From a virus: a DNA stretch of 64,000 nucleotides. Under the pieces are notes generated by a model. It did no database searches. It saw only the letters and a program-made list of their open reading frames with translations, and had not been told where the DNA came from. The position numbers were made by a program, and so were the translations under genes. Location: positions 64,001-128,000 of the IMG/VR virus record IMGVR_UViG_3300020438_004021; one strand, 5' to 3'. Numbering within the stretch: the stretch's first letter is position 1; each line of letters starts with the position of its first letter. Positions 16,015 through 24,627 of the stretch are shown here, in pieces.

Positions 16015-16278
16015 ATGAAGATTGTGAAAGTGACATGGATAGATGCTGAAGAATATGGTGAAATTGGTTGGAATTCTCTTAAATCGATGAAAACCTATGC
16101 CAAGAAGCCATGCCCCACTATGACTAGTGTTGGGCATGTTCTGTATGAAGACGATAATCACATATCACTAATCAGTACCGTTGGTGAAAAAGAGTCCAGC
16201 AGTGTAGACAAAATTCCCAAGAGTTTCATTAATAAGATAGAAGAACTTACTGAAAAGGTGAATGAAAAAGATGCCTAG
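16015..16278 (+). CDS. Conserved hypothetical phage protein
   Basis: VKVTWIDA...GW...SVG..L...IP pattern common in phage hypotheticals. Confidence 0.65.
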   Translation: MKIVKVTWIDAEEYGEIGWNSLKSMKTYAKKPCPTMTSVGHVLYEDDNHISLISTVGEKESSSVDKIPKSFINKIEELTEKVNEKDA

Positions 16279-16564
16279 TTATGAATACGCCTGCAAAGAA
16301 TGTAAAGAAGTTTGGGAAGAAGTCAGAAAAATATCTGATTGTATGATACCCACTAACAAGAAGTGCCCACACTGTGGTGCTAAAAGAGGCAGCATCTACC
16401 GTCACTTCAGTTCTGCACCATCAATGAAGATGGATGCCAATATGGATTTAACAAAACCACACAACCATGGTGGATTCCAAGATGCGATGAGGAGAGTCGC
16501 GAATGCACCTGGTGTTAAAGGTACAAAATATGCGGACAAAATCAATGAAAAGCATATTAGTTGA
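16271..16564 (+). CDS. FmdB-family zinc-ribbon protein
   Basis: MPSYEYACKEC...CPHCG. Confidence 0.8.
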   Translation: MPSYEYACKECKEVWEEVRKISDCMIPTNKKCPHCGAKRGSIYRHFSSAPSMKMDANMDLTKPHNHGGFQDAMRRVANAPGVKGTKYADKINEKHIS

Positions 16565-16635
16565 CAATATCATCAGCAACCGATAAATACAAGTACACAA
16601 CCAACCAAAACGTTTTATTATGAAGGAGTTTCGTT

Positions 16636-17709
16636 ATGATTGAGTCTGGTAAGGTGAATTTTCTTATTGATGGACAGTGGGGAAGCACTGGCAAGGGCAA
16701 ACTTGCCGGTTACATGTATAGCAGATTTAAGAATCTGAACATGGCAATCAGTGATAATATGCCAAATGCGGGGCATACCTTTACACGCGATGGTAAGAAC
16801 TTCATCTTTAAGGCCCTTCCTACCGGAGTTTTGTTCGATGAAGTGACATCTTTAATCGGTCCACAGGCAGTGATGGGTGAAGAGCAGTTCCAATATGAAA
16901 TGGAGATGGTGAAGAACGAAATAGGTCACTATCCCAAGGTAATCATCCACCCAATGGCAACCGTTGTAACCGCCAGTGACAAAGATGCTGAAGCAGGAAT
17001 CGTCAGCAAAATGGCAAGTACGGGTCAGGGTTCTTGTTCCGCTACCGTTAAGAAGATGTGGAGACGAGGAGAGGCAAACCTCGCCAAGAACAGCAAGGTG
17101 TTTGATGAATTCGTCGGTGATACCCATTCCTTCCTTCATGAAGGACTTAAGAAGGGTGGTGCTGCACTTTCGGAAGGTAGTCAAGGTTTTGACCTTTCAA
17201 TGAATTGCGGACATGCCTACCCACACACGACGTCACGCGATTGCTTGATCGGGAGAATGATGGACAATGCAGGATGCCCAGTCAAGTCTGTAGGTAGCAT
17301 AATCGCTTGTCTAAGGACACTGCCAATTCGCGTTGGAAGCACTGAGAACACGAGCGGTCCTTACTACGACGACCAGAATGAAATCGACTGGAAGACGGTA
17401 TCCGATATGTGTGGTCATGATGTAGAAGAAAGAACTACAGTGACCCAGAGAGTTCGTAGAGTATTTACATTCTCGGAAGAACAGACTAGGAAGTTCTGCG
17501 AATTTGTTCGTCCGGATTATGCATTCCTTAACTTCGTTAACTACTATAAGGAAGAGGGAGACCGACTCAATGCTGTCTCTGAAGTAGCGACAATTCTGGG
17601 TGAGTACGGTTGCGACCTTACACTACTAGGTACTGGTGCTGGACTAGACGATATGGAAATGACCAGCAACGAGCAAATCCTAGGCAAGCAGGAAACACTT
17701 TTTGCATGA
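16636..17709 (+). CDS. purZ: PurZ-type adenylosuccinate-synthetase homologue (N6-succino-2-amino-dAMP synthase)
   Basis: DGQWGSTGKG (Ser where PurA has the catalytic Asp of GDEGKG), PNAGHT, EGSQGF.LS, YPHTTSRD, RTLPIRV, TTVT..VRRVFTFS, FLNFVNY (PurA has TKLD); 357 aa. Confidence 0.82.
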   Translation: MIESGKVNFLIDGQWGSTGKGKLAGYMYSRFKNLNMAISDNMPNAGHTFTRDGKNFIFKALPTGVLFDEVTSLIGPQAVMGEEQFQYEMEMVKNEIGHYPKVIIHPMATVVTASDKDAEAGIVSKMASTGQGSCSATVKKMWRRGEANLAKNSKVFDEFVGDTHSFLHEGLKKGGAALSEGSQGFDLSMNCGHAYPHTTSRDCLIGRMMDNAGCPVKSVGSIIACLRTLPIRVGSTENTSGPYYDDQNEIDWKTVSDMCGHDVEERTTVTQRVRRVFTFSEEQTRKFCEFVRPDYAFLNFVNYYKEEGDRLNAVSEVATILGEYGCDLTLLGTGAGLDDMEMTSNEQILGKQETLFA

Positions 17710-18260
17710 TTCAGCACTGCGTAATAGGACAGGCTGGTAGTGGTAAGTCCACATTCATAGAGAAGAAATTCCCTAGGGACGAACACATCTTCTTTGATAC
17801 GGGTAGCATGCTTAGAAGCATGTTTACCTGTCTCAAGGGGGAACAGACTAGCAAGAACGTTTGGGATTTTGCAAATCCGTTGGTATATAGTGTTTACAAG
17901 CAGTGCTGCACTGTTTCAGAGAACACCGGTTATGAGTTCATAACTGACGGTTTCCCTAGGAACTCATCTCAAGTTAAGAATATGCATATGTTTTTGACTT
18001 CTCTACCCCATAGCAATTCTATCATATTCCATATGCTGGACATTTCAGAAGAAGAGCAGATTAGGAGGATAGAGAAGAGAAATGGAAAGATGAGCGACTA
18101 TCATATTGATAGGATATCACAGTCTAGGAGAGACTTCGAGTCTGTATTGGATGAACTAGACAGGATTATGAGTAGCAGCACTGCGAACAGAACCTTAATA
18201 GAGATAAAGTGGTATAAGCAAGAAGATGGTGATTTCGTTCTGGACAGAAGTTATAAATAG
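17706..18260 (+). CDS. Adenylate-kinase-family nucleoside monophosphate kinase
   Basis: P-loop GQAGSGKST, DTGSMLR (cf. STGDLLR), DGFPRNSSQ; ATG at 17706 overlaps the purZ stop (ATGA). Confidence 0.8.
   Translation: MIQHCVIGQAGSGKSTFIEKKFPRDEHIFFDTGSMLRSMFTCLKGEQTSKNVWDFANPLVYSVYKQCCTVSENTGYEFITDGFPRNSSQVKNMHMFLTSLPHSNSIIFHMLDISEEEQIRRIEKRNGKMSDYHIDRISQSRRDFESVLDELDRIMSSSTANRTLIEIKWYKQEDGDFVLDRSYK
18252..18259 (+). promoter_or_regulatory. Late promoter TATAAATA
   Basis: Exact motif upstream of the 18276 ORF. Confidence 0.65.
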
Positions 18261-18275
18261 TCAGGAGATTTACCT

Positions 18276-18827
18276 ATGGCATCATTCAACTATGAAATTC
18301 CAGACGAATACTTAGAAAATGCATCCGACTTCGGGTTTACTACGGTAGACTCCGATGCTGTAGAACAACAAGAAAGAGATGTAGCCGAAGAAGTAGCGGG
18401 TGAAATATCATCAAATCTTATTGGTCAGATTAGCACCAAGATTAGCGGTCTAGAAGGAAAAATCAATTCTGTCCTTCTTAAAATGCAAGATGAAACAGAT
18501 GAAGACAATGTAGCAGGTGAAATAAATCTGGTTAGGATAGAAGAGAAGATAGATAAGATTCTTGCTATGGAAAATGAAGAACTTGCCAGTAGCATACAAG
18601 CACAAGGTGAGAGCATCCGTGCAGTCATAGATGAAGTAGAAGAGAGAAAAAGCACACTAGAAGACCAATACCTAGATAAAATGAAGGAAATTGAAAAACT
18701 GGTCTTACCTCTATTGGTTAATCTGACCAAGAATCCAGAAAGAGAGTACCTCTTCTGGCCTGATAGGTCTGAAAAAGTCAATAAGCAGATAGGAAAAGTC
18801 CTTTCTATTACAAGAAATGCCGAATAA
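18276..18827 (+). CDS. Conserved acidic coiled-coil protein
   Basis: DFGFTTVD...ILPLLVNLTKNPEREYLFWPDR-type motif seen in T4-like hypotheticals. Confidence 0.65.
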   Translation: MASFNYEIPDEYLENASDFGFTTVDSDAVEQQERDVAEEVAGEISSNLIGQISTKISGLEGKINSVLLKMQDETDEDNVAGEINLVRIEEKIDKILAMENEELASSIQAQGESIRAVIDEVEERKSTLEDQYLDKMKEIEKLVLPLLVNLTKNPEREYLFWPDRSEKVNKQIGKVLSITRNAE

Positions 18828-19497
18828 AAAATTCACCCATCTATCCAATAAGATAACCGAGGATATAGATGCCGTCACCAACAAGGACGGTTCTAGATTC
18901 TACCAAGCACCCAATGGTGAGAAATACCCCAGTGTCACCACAGTCACTGGTTGGGAGAAGAAGGCTTTCTTCGCTGAATGGAGGAGGAAGAACCCCAAGG
19001 AATCTAAAAGGGTTCTGTCCGTAGGAACCAGTATGCACCAGGTAGTAGAAGATTTCTTAGATAATAAAGAAACCTACCTCGATGGTGCATCTCAATCTGC
19101 CATTAATCTTTTTCAGTACATGAAGCCTGTCCTGATAGAGAAGATAGATAATATCAAAGCACAAGAAGTCGCCCTATGGAGTAGTTTATTGGGGTTGGCA
19201 GGAAGGGTGGATTGTGTTGCTGAATATGATGGTAAGTTGTCCATCATAGATTTTAAGAGCAGCAGAAGAGAGAAGAAAGAAGAATATATAGGCAACTACT
19301 TCGCTCAGGCTACCGCATATGCCATAATGTGGAAAGAGTTAACTGGTGAGCAAATAGACCAGATAGTTATACTGATATCTTGTGAAGATGGTAGTGTCCA
19401 GCAATTCATAGATAAACCAGTAAATCACGTAAAAACGCTCAAAGAGATGATAGACAAGTACTATCAGAGTCAGGCACTATCGGAGTATTTAGGTTAA
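18817..19497 (+). CDS. PD-(D/E)XK exonuclease (cyanophage exonuclease type)
   Basis: YPSVTTV, GTSMH, AGRVDCVAEYDGKLSIIDFKS, YFAQATAYA. Confidence 0.88.
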   Translation: MPNKKFTHLSNKITEDIDAVTNKDGSRFYQAPNGEKYPSVTTVTGWEKKAFFAEWRRKNPKESKRVLSVGTSMHQVVEDFLDNKETYLDGASQSAINLFQYMKPVLIEKIDNIKAQEVALWSSLLGLAGRVDCVAEYDGKLSIIDFKSSRREKKEEYIGNYFAQATAYAIMWKELTGEQIDQIVILISCEDGSVQQFIDKPVNHVKTLKEMIDKYYQSQALSEYLG

Positions 19498-20714
19498 GAC
19501 CTAGGGACGGTTCTCTTAAAAGTGACATCGATACACGGTCTAAAGTCTACACGACTATCATTCACCGAATATATCTCCATCATGTGTCTCCAATGGGTGT
19601 AATACCCATCTAGAGAACCTTGACCATCTACATGCTCGGTATTGGTATCATCGTTGCCAATGAACACCATTCTCAGATCTCCCGTTCTGCTATCTATGCA
19701 ATCCTGAACGAGAGAAGTAACATCCACCTTGACCTCAGGGACCGCAGGTATCGTTCCTAGAGAACCTGCGATTCTCACCCTAGCACCACCTACTGATGGT
19801 TTTATCCCTATCATGGCTCCGGTTGTGATTCCACCACCAGTATCTAATGTAACACCCGTTTCATCACCAGTTCGTCCTGCATCGTCGTCAGGACCTATAG
19901 TAACCCCATTGCTGGTATCGTCGTCAGGTTGGTCTGGGAGTTCGTTTCCATCCCCAAATGGTTTCACACCTAACCAACAATGTCCCAATGGGCTGGCATT
20001 CGTTATGTCGGCTGAATTGGTAGCACCAGAAGAATCTCCACCGCTTGAACCCCAATAGGCATCAGCAGTTGGAGCACCTTTGAAATGATACCAACCCATA
20101 GTATCCATAGAACCAGCAGTCCACCCATTGCTAGCGCCTTGAACGTTAGCATTCCTAGTACCTCTATAAATGCAATATATTCTGTCTGCTATTGCATAAG
20201 TAGCACCACCATCATAGAAGGGTACGTGGTGACCCCATACTTTATGGATTTTAAGACTTAATGTAGCACTAACGATGGTATCTCCACCTGTCAGTCCATA
20301 AGTTCCACCACCACCAGGATCTGTTGGGTCGTTTGGATTACCTGGTGGACCCCAGTCGCTGACATTGGTGTACCAAAAAATTCTAGCAGCTGGAGTTGCT
20401 AATTCATAAGCATCACCGAATTCTTGTTCTCCCCACATATCTTTGGTCATATAATATCTGGCAGCCGCTCCCAGTTGGAGAATGGCATCAGAACTAGCAC
20501 CCAATGCTGTCCTATGTAGGTGGAAATCGTTGAAGTAAGTCTGAGATGTGGGTCCAGTAGCACCATCAATTATTTGTATATCTCGAACATAGGTGTCTTC
20601 GTTAGGGTAAAGTCTCACCTTAGCGGTTACTTCAGTCCCACCGTCACCACCATCATCTGGTTTGTTGACTTCAGCCTGTCTTCTTTTAGTTAATCTGTGC
20701 CTTGCTCGACTCAT
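19494..20714 (-). CDS. Putative virion protein with DNRLRE/CBM96-like domain
   Basis: PNEDTYV...IVSATLSL...VDVTSLVQ...RPCIDVTF pattern with Gly/Thr-rich loops. Confidence 0.55.
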   Translation of the reverse strand: MSRARHRLTKRRQAEVNKPDDGGDGGTEVTAKVRLYPNEDTYVRDIQIIDGATGPTSQTYFNDFHLHRTALGASSDAILQLGAAARYYMTKDMWGEQEFGDAYELATPAARIFWYTNVSDWGPPGNPNDPTDPGGGGTYGLTGGDTIVSATLSLKIHKVWGHHVPFYDGGATYAIADRIYCIYRGTRNANVQGASNGWTAGSMDTMGWYHFKGAPTADAYWGSSGGDSSGATNSADITNASPLGHCWLGVKPFGDGNELPDQPDDDTSNGVTIGPDDDAGRTGDETGVTLDTGGGITTGAMIGIKPSVGGARVRIAGSLGTIPAVPEVKVDVTSLVQDCIDSRTGDLRMVFIGNDDTNTEHVDGQGSLDGYYTHWRHMMEIYSVNDSRVDFRPCIDVTFKRTVPRS

Positions 20715-20739
20715 ATTTCACATACCTCATGGGTTATTA

Positions 20740-21537
20740 TCATGTACCAACTATTCTAATGTCCGCAGTGCCGGTCCCTGTGCAGGTTGCTCTAATTCCG
20801 TTAGAGTTGGATGCCTCGATAAAGAGACTATCAAATGCTTGTAGAGCATACCCATTATTGGCACTAGTGATTCCGGTGTCGAATGTACACCCAATGAATG
20901 CAGTAGCAGGACCGAAGTTAGTGATTCTGAATCCTGTGGCAAATGTCCTTGCGGGCAATGTTTGCTGTGCCACTGCTGTAGAACCTGTTGATTTCTGTGC
21001 GAAAAGGAAACCGGTAGTGAAACCGGTGCTGTTACTTGGGTGTGTAGAAGGTATTGCTACTGTAAGAACGTCAACGTCACCGATATTATTAGTACTGGCG
21101 GCTAGTTTAACATCACCAGTGATCTGGGCAGTGATTCCTAGCAGTCCACTTGATGCCACGGAGATGGTAGCACCATCTGCAAACCCTTTAACAGTGCTGA
21201 CAAAATCTAGAGTACCACCCACCACCTTGTCGAGAGTGCCACCACCAATAGTCACATTCGATACATCGAACGATGCACCACCAGTAATTAGGACTTGTAC
21301 GGGGAGTGTACCTGAGGTGTTACCCGCTACTGGTATGGAACCAAATCCGGCTGCATTGGTATGCATGATTGGGACAGGGGCTGCATTGGTCATCAAGGAG
21401 TCAACGCCATCGCCTCCGGTGTTGATCTTAATTTCTTGAAAATGCCCTACATTATCCCCACCATAGTCAGTCGCCAAGGTTGCTCCGACAGGACTTGTCG
21501 ATGTAATTTGAATATTATCAGATGTTAGTTGTGCCAT
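20740..21537 (-). CDS. Gly/Thr-rich putative virion protein
   Basis: 265 aa, beta-rich, many GxT motifs; GGAG RBS. Confidence 0.55.
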   Translation of the reverse strand: MAQLTSDNIQITSTSPVGATLATDYGGDNVGHFQEIKINTGGDGVDSLMTNAAPVPIMHTNAAGFGSIPVAGNTSGTLPVQVLITGGASFDVSNVTIGGGTLDKVVGGTLDFVSTVKGFADGATISVASSGLLGITAQITGDVKLAASTNNIGDVDVLTVAIPSTHPSNSTGFTTGFLFAQKSTGSTAVAQQTLPARTFATGFRITNFGPATAFIGCTFDTGITSANNGYALQAFDSLFIEASNSNGIRATCTGTGTADIRIVGT

Positions 21538-21629
21538 TATCAGTACTCTCCAGATTTATATAAGTGTTGACAGGTATTACCCACTAATTATATATAAGAT
21601 GAAAGCAGTGGACGAAAAAGGGGCTTATC

Positions 21630-21851
21630 TTGATTGAGGATGGTATTGATTTTTGTAAGGACGTTGAAAAACTGATTTTGAACGACACCTTTGACAATTA
21701 TATTGATGCTGTCCTGCATCTTTGTGATGATAAAGGGATTGAGCCGTTCGTCGCAGCCAGGATGCTAAGCAAACCGATAAAAGAGAAAATAAAAAAGGAG
21801 GGGCAGGAGATAAATCTGCTCCCCAGAAAAACACGGCTACCAATAAAATAA
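21630..21851 (+). CDS. 33: Late promoter transcription coactivator gp33
   Basis: YIDAVLHLC...IE....ARMLSKPIKEKI..E...INLLP...RLPI. Confidence 0.85.
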   Translation: MIEDGIDFCKDVEKLILNDTFDNYIDAVLHLCDDKGIEPFVAARMLSKPIKEKIKKEGQEINLLPRKTRLPIK

Positions 21852-21855
21852 TATA

Positions 21856-21884
21856 TTGACAAGAGAATACCCATGTGGTATAAT
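21856..21884 (+). promoter_or_regulatory. Sigma70-like promoter TTGACA-N17-TATAAT for gp32
   Basis: Consensus with extended TG. Confidence 0.85.
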
Positions 21885-21929
21885 GGAATTTGAAACGAAA
21901 CGCAGTAATACAATACAAGGAGAAATATT

Positions 21930-22832
21930 ATGAGTTTCAGTAGTATGAAAAAGTCTTCGGGAGACAACACGAAGCTGTTGGATGAATTGAGTAAGATTTC
22001 ATCTGGAGACAAGGCAAGTTATAAAGACGATAGATTCTGGAAGCCTGAACGAGACAAGTCCGATAACGGGTTTGCCGTAATTCGGTTCCTTCCTCCAGTA
22101 GAAGGTGAGGATTCACCTTGGGTTCGAATGTTCTCACATGGATTTAAGGGTCGAGGTGGTTGGTACATCGAGAATTGCCCAACTACAATCGGTCGCAAGT
22201 GTCCTTTGTGTGAGGCAAACAGCGAACTATGGAACAGTGGACTTGAGACCGATAAGGATGTAGCAAGAAACCGCAAGCGAAGACTTAACTACATCTCAAA
22301 TATTCTGGTGGTAAGTGACCCCAAGAATCCAGACAACGAAGGTAAGGTCTTCCTCTACAAGTTCGGCAAGAAGATTTTTGATAAGATTATGGAATCTCTT
22401 CAACCAGAATTTCAAGATGAAGAGGCGATTAACCCATTCGACTTCTGGAAGGGTGCTAACTTCAAGTTGAAGGTCCGTAAGGTAGCAGGATTCATCAACT
22501 ATGATAAGAGCGAATTTGACATTCAGTCTGAGATGTTCGATGGTGATGATGGGAAGCTGGAAGAATTGTGGAAGAGTCAGTACCCTCTTCAACCACTAGT
22601 AGCACCCGACCAGTTCAAGAGTTATGATGAACTGAAGGCACGTCTGATGCAGGTACTTGGTGGTGGTAACTCTAATATCGCTACCTCTGCTGATGAGGTC
22701 ACCAACGAAGATGTAAAGAAGGTCGCCGAAGAGCAGTTTGGTACTAATAAAGAAGAGACTGTTTCTTCTAGTGAACCAAAAGAAGAGACCGATGCACTAG
22801 CATACTTTGAGAAACTAGCACAAGAGGATTGA
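21930..22832 (+). CDS. 32: Single-stranded DNA-binding protein gp32
   Basis: DDRFWK, AVIRFLP, WYIENC.TT...CPLC, YKFGKKIFDKI, acidic tail. Confidence 0.97.
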   Translation: MSFSSMKKSSGDNTKLLDELSKISSGDKASYKDDRFWKPERDKSDNGFAVIRFLPPVEGEDSPWVRMFSHGFKGRGGWYIENCPTTIGRKCPLCEANSELWNSGLETDKDVARNRKRRLNYISNILVVSDPKNPDNEGKVFLYKFGKKIFDKIMESLQPEFQDEEAINPFDFWKGANFKLKVRKVAGFINYDKSEFDIQSEMFDGDDGKLEELWKSQYPLQPLVAPDQFKSYDELKARLMQVLGGGNSNIATSADEVTNEDVKKVAEEQFGTNKEETVSSSEPKEETDALAYFEKLAQED

Positions 22833-22862
22833 TTATTCTTTAGTATTTTGTTATGCCTCTTG

Positions 22863-22900
22863 TTGGGGGTGGGTACTTTGAAAAAGGTGTCCACCCCCAA
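22863..22900. terminator. Long hairpin between convergent genes (probable bidirectional terminator)
   Basis: TTGGGGGTGGGTACTTT-GAAA-AAGGTGTCCACCCCCAA. Confidence 0.7.
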
Positions 22901-22908
22901 TGCTTATA

Positions 22909-24441
22909 TCAGGCGATAATTGGGAAGGGTTTGAGGAATGAAGGGTCTTGTAATACCATAGGTGGTGCTGTGAAGGTATTATTCTCGTTGTTAATGAAGG
23001 TGTTGACGCTATTTGAAGATGGAGCGGGTGGACCAACAAAACTTGGTTGGTTGGCATAACCTTGTGTAGCATCTGCTTTCTGTTGTTGATCTCTAAGGTC
23101 CGTCCCACTTTGGGCGGGTCTCCTAGCGGCTAGCATCGCTTCTCTTTCGGCCCTCATTGAATCTCTTGCTGCTTTTCTAAGTTGCCTTTCTTTCTCTCTT
23201 GCTTGCTTTCTAGCCTCCATCTCCTCTAGTTGTTGCTTCTCTAGATCAGCATCTTCTTTTTCCAATCTTGCTGTTCTCTCTTTTCTGATCCTTCTCAACT
23301 CATCCAGACCAGCCTGTTGTTCTGCAGCAAAATCGTCTCCTACTAAGAAGTCTCCTAGGGTGGTTGAGTTAATGTAGTTAGTAATTCCGACTTGAATTTC
23401 TGCTATTTTCTCTACTAAGAAATAACCGAAATCCATGAAGAGTCTACCGAACCCCTTGGCGAATCCTATTAATGTGTTCCCCACTGCAACACCCAGTTCA
23501 AATATTACTGAACCGATTGTCTTACCTAAGTCGACCACGAAATCCAGCATGTTCCCAATCAGACCTGACTCGCCTTCTCCAGAGAACCAGCTTATCACAC
23601 CGTCTATCATATCTCTGATTGCGTTAGGTAACGTGAACTGGAAGAAGAATGATAGATTATCTCCAAGGATTCCTATATAGTAGGGTACATTGGTGGCAAT
23701 CCAGTCTATCGCCATTCCACCATACTCAACTATGCCGTTTAAGATTCTACTCATATTCTCTTGGAATCCAGCCCTTATGTCAATCAGACCAAATGTAAGA
23801 GAAGAGACGAAACCGTCTAAGAATGCTAGAAGTACTTCAGATATAGTACCTCCTGACTCATATTCACGGAAGGCTGCTATTCCACCCTCGATTGCACCTA
23901 TTAGTAGTGTCAGAGGGAAGAATACCTTACCAAATATCTTGCCAACGGTCTTGAACACACCCAACACTTTGCCAAATATTGGGAATACAGCAGTTAATCC
24001 TGCTACCAGTTTACCAGGTCCCTTTATTATCTTACCTATGAAACCAAATATCTGACTGAATACAGGAATCTTATTGCCTATCTGCGTGATTAGACCAATC
24101 ACTTTAGCAATACCAGGAACCTTCATGAATGCACCTATCGCTGGACCCACGAATCCGGCAATTAGTGCTGCACCCATTGCAGGCAGTGCTAGCAGTGCGG
24201 CTGCTATCCCCTTAGCAAGTGTGCTCGGTTTCACTTTCATCATACTCTTAGGGGCAGACAAGATACCTGTCATCTTGGAAAAGAGACTGGAGAAGAAAGC
24301 ATTTTGCTCTCTTTGATTTTCTTTGTCTTTGAGCTTATCTTCTTTGCCTTGTTCCTTAATGGCATCTGTTACCTCGGCGTTCCCTTTTTGGATCGCCCAA
24401 GCAAGTTTCATTACTTCTGATTTTAAGCCTTTTTCTGCCAT
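22909..24441 (-). CDS. Putative tape measure / gp29-like tail protein
   Basis: 510 aa, amphipathic/hydrophobic helical repeats plus a coiled coil; lies directly downstream of gp26-gp51. Confidence 0.55.
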   Translation of the reverse strand: MAEKGLKSEVMKLAWAIQKGNAEVTDAIKEQGKEDKLKDKENQREQNAFFSSLFSKMTGILSAPKSMMKVKPSTLAKGIAAALLALPAMGAALIAGFVGPAIGAFMKVPGIAKVIGLITQIGNKIPVFSQIFGFIGKIIKGPGKLVAGLTAVFPIFGKVLGVFKTVGKIFGKVFFPLTLLIGAIEGGIAAFREYESGGTISEVLLAFLDGFVSSLTFGLIDIRAGFQENMSRILNGIVEYGGMAIDWIATNVPYYIGILGDNLSFFFQFTLPNAIRDMIDGVISWFSGEGESGLIGNMLDFVVDLGKTIGSVIFELGVAVGNTLIGFAKGFGRLFMDFGYFLVEKIAEIQVGITNYINSTTLGDFLVGDDFAAEQQAGLDELRRIRKERTARLEKEDADLEKQQLEEMEARKQAREKERQLRKAARDSMRAEREAMLAARRPAQSGTDLRDQQQKADATQGYANQPSFVGPPAPSSNSVNTFINNENNTFTAPPMVLQDPSFLKPFPIIA

Positions 24442-24442
24442 T

Positions 24443-24610
24443 TTACATTCCTATTTTGCTTTTCGCTAATCTCTCGTTTTCCTCTTGGATATGATTGCTC
24501 AATAAAGTTATATATATTTGTCTTTCCCAAGGTATCATATTTTCTATCTCTGTAATAGAATACTTATGATGTTGTGCCATTGCAAAATTGGTCTGATAGA
24601 ACCCTATCAA
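24443..24610 (-). CDS. 51: Baseplate hub assembly protein gp51 (not in the ORF track)
   Basis: Translates (L)IGFYQTNFAMAQHHKYSITEIENMIPWERQIYITLLSNHIQEENER; first ATG at 24580; see the frameshift finding. Confidence 0.85.
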   Translation of the reverse strand: MIGFYQTNFAMAQHHKYSITEIENMIPWERQIYITLLSNHIQEENERLAKSKIGM

Positions 24611-24627
24611 GGTGTCATGGAAAAGAC

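Noticed and set aside
17610-17705. N-terminal extension of the kinase given in the ORF track
   Set aside because: It overlaps purZ; the ATGA-coupled start at 17706 places the P-loop at the normal position.
16636-17709. Ordinary purA auxiliary metabolic gene
   Set aside because: It lacks the GDEGKG Asp and the TKLD GTP motif and has the PurZ-type GSTGKG and NF motifs instead.
20702-21439. 245-aa plus-strand ORF
   Set aside because: Antisense shadow of the Gly/Thr-rich minus-strand gene.
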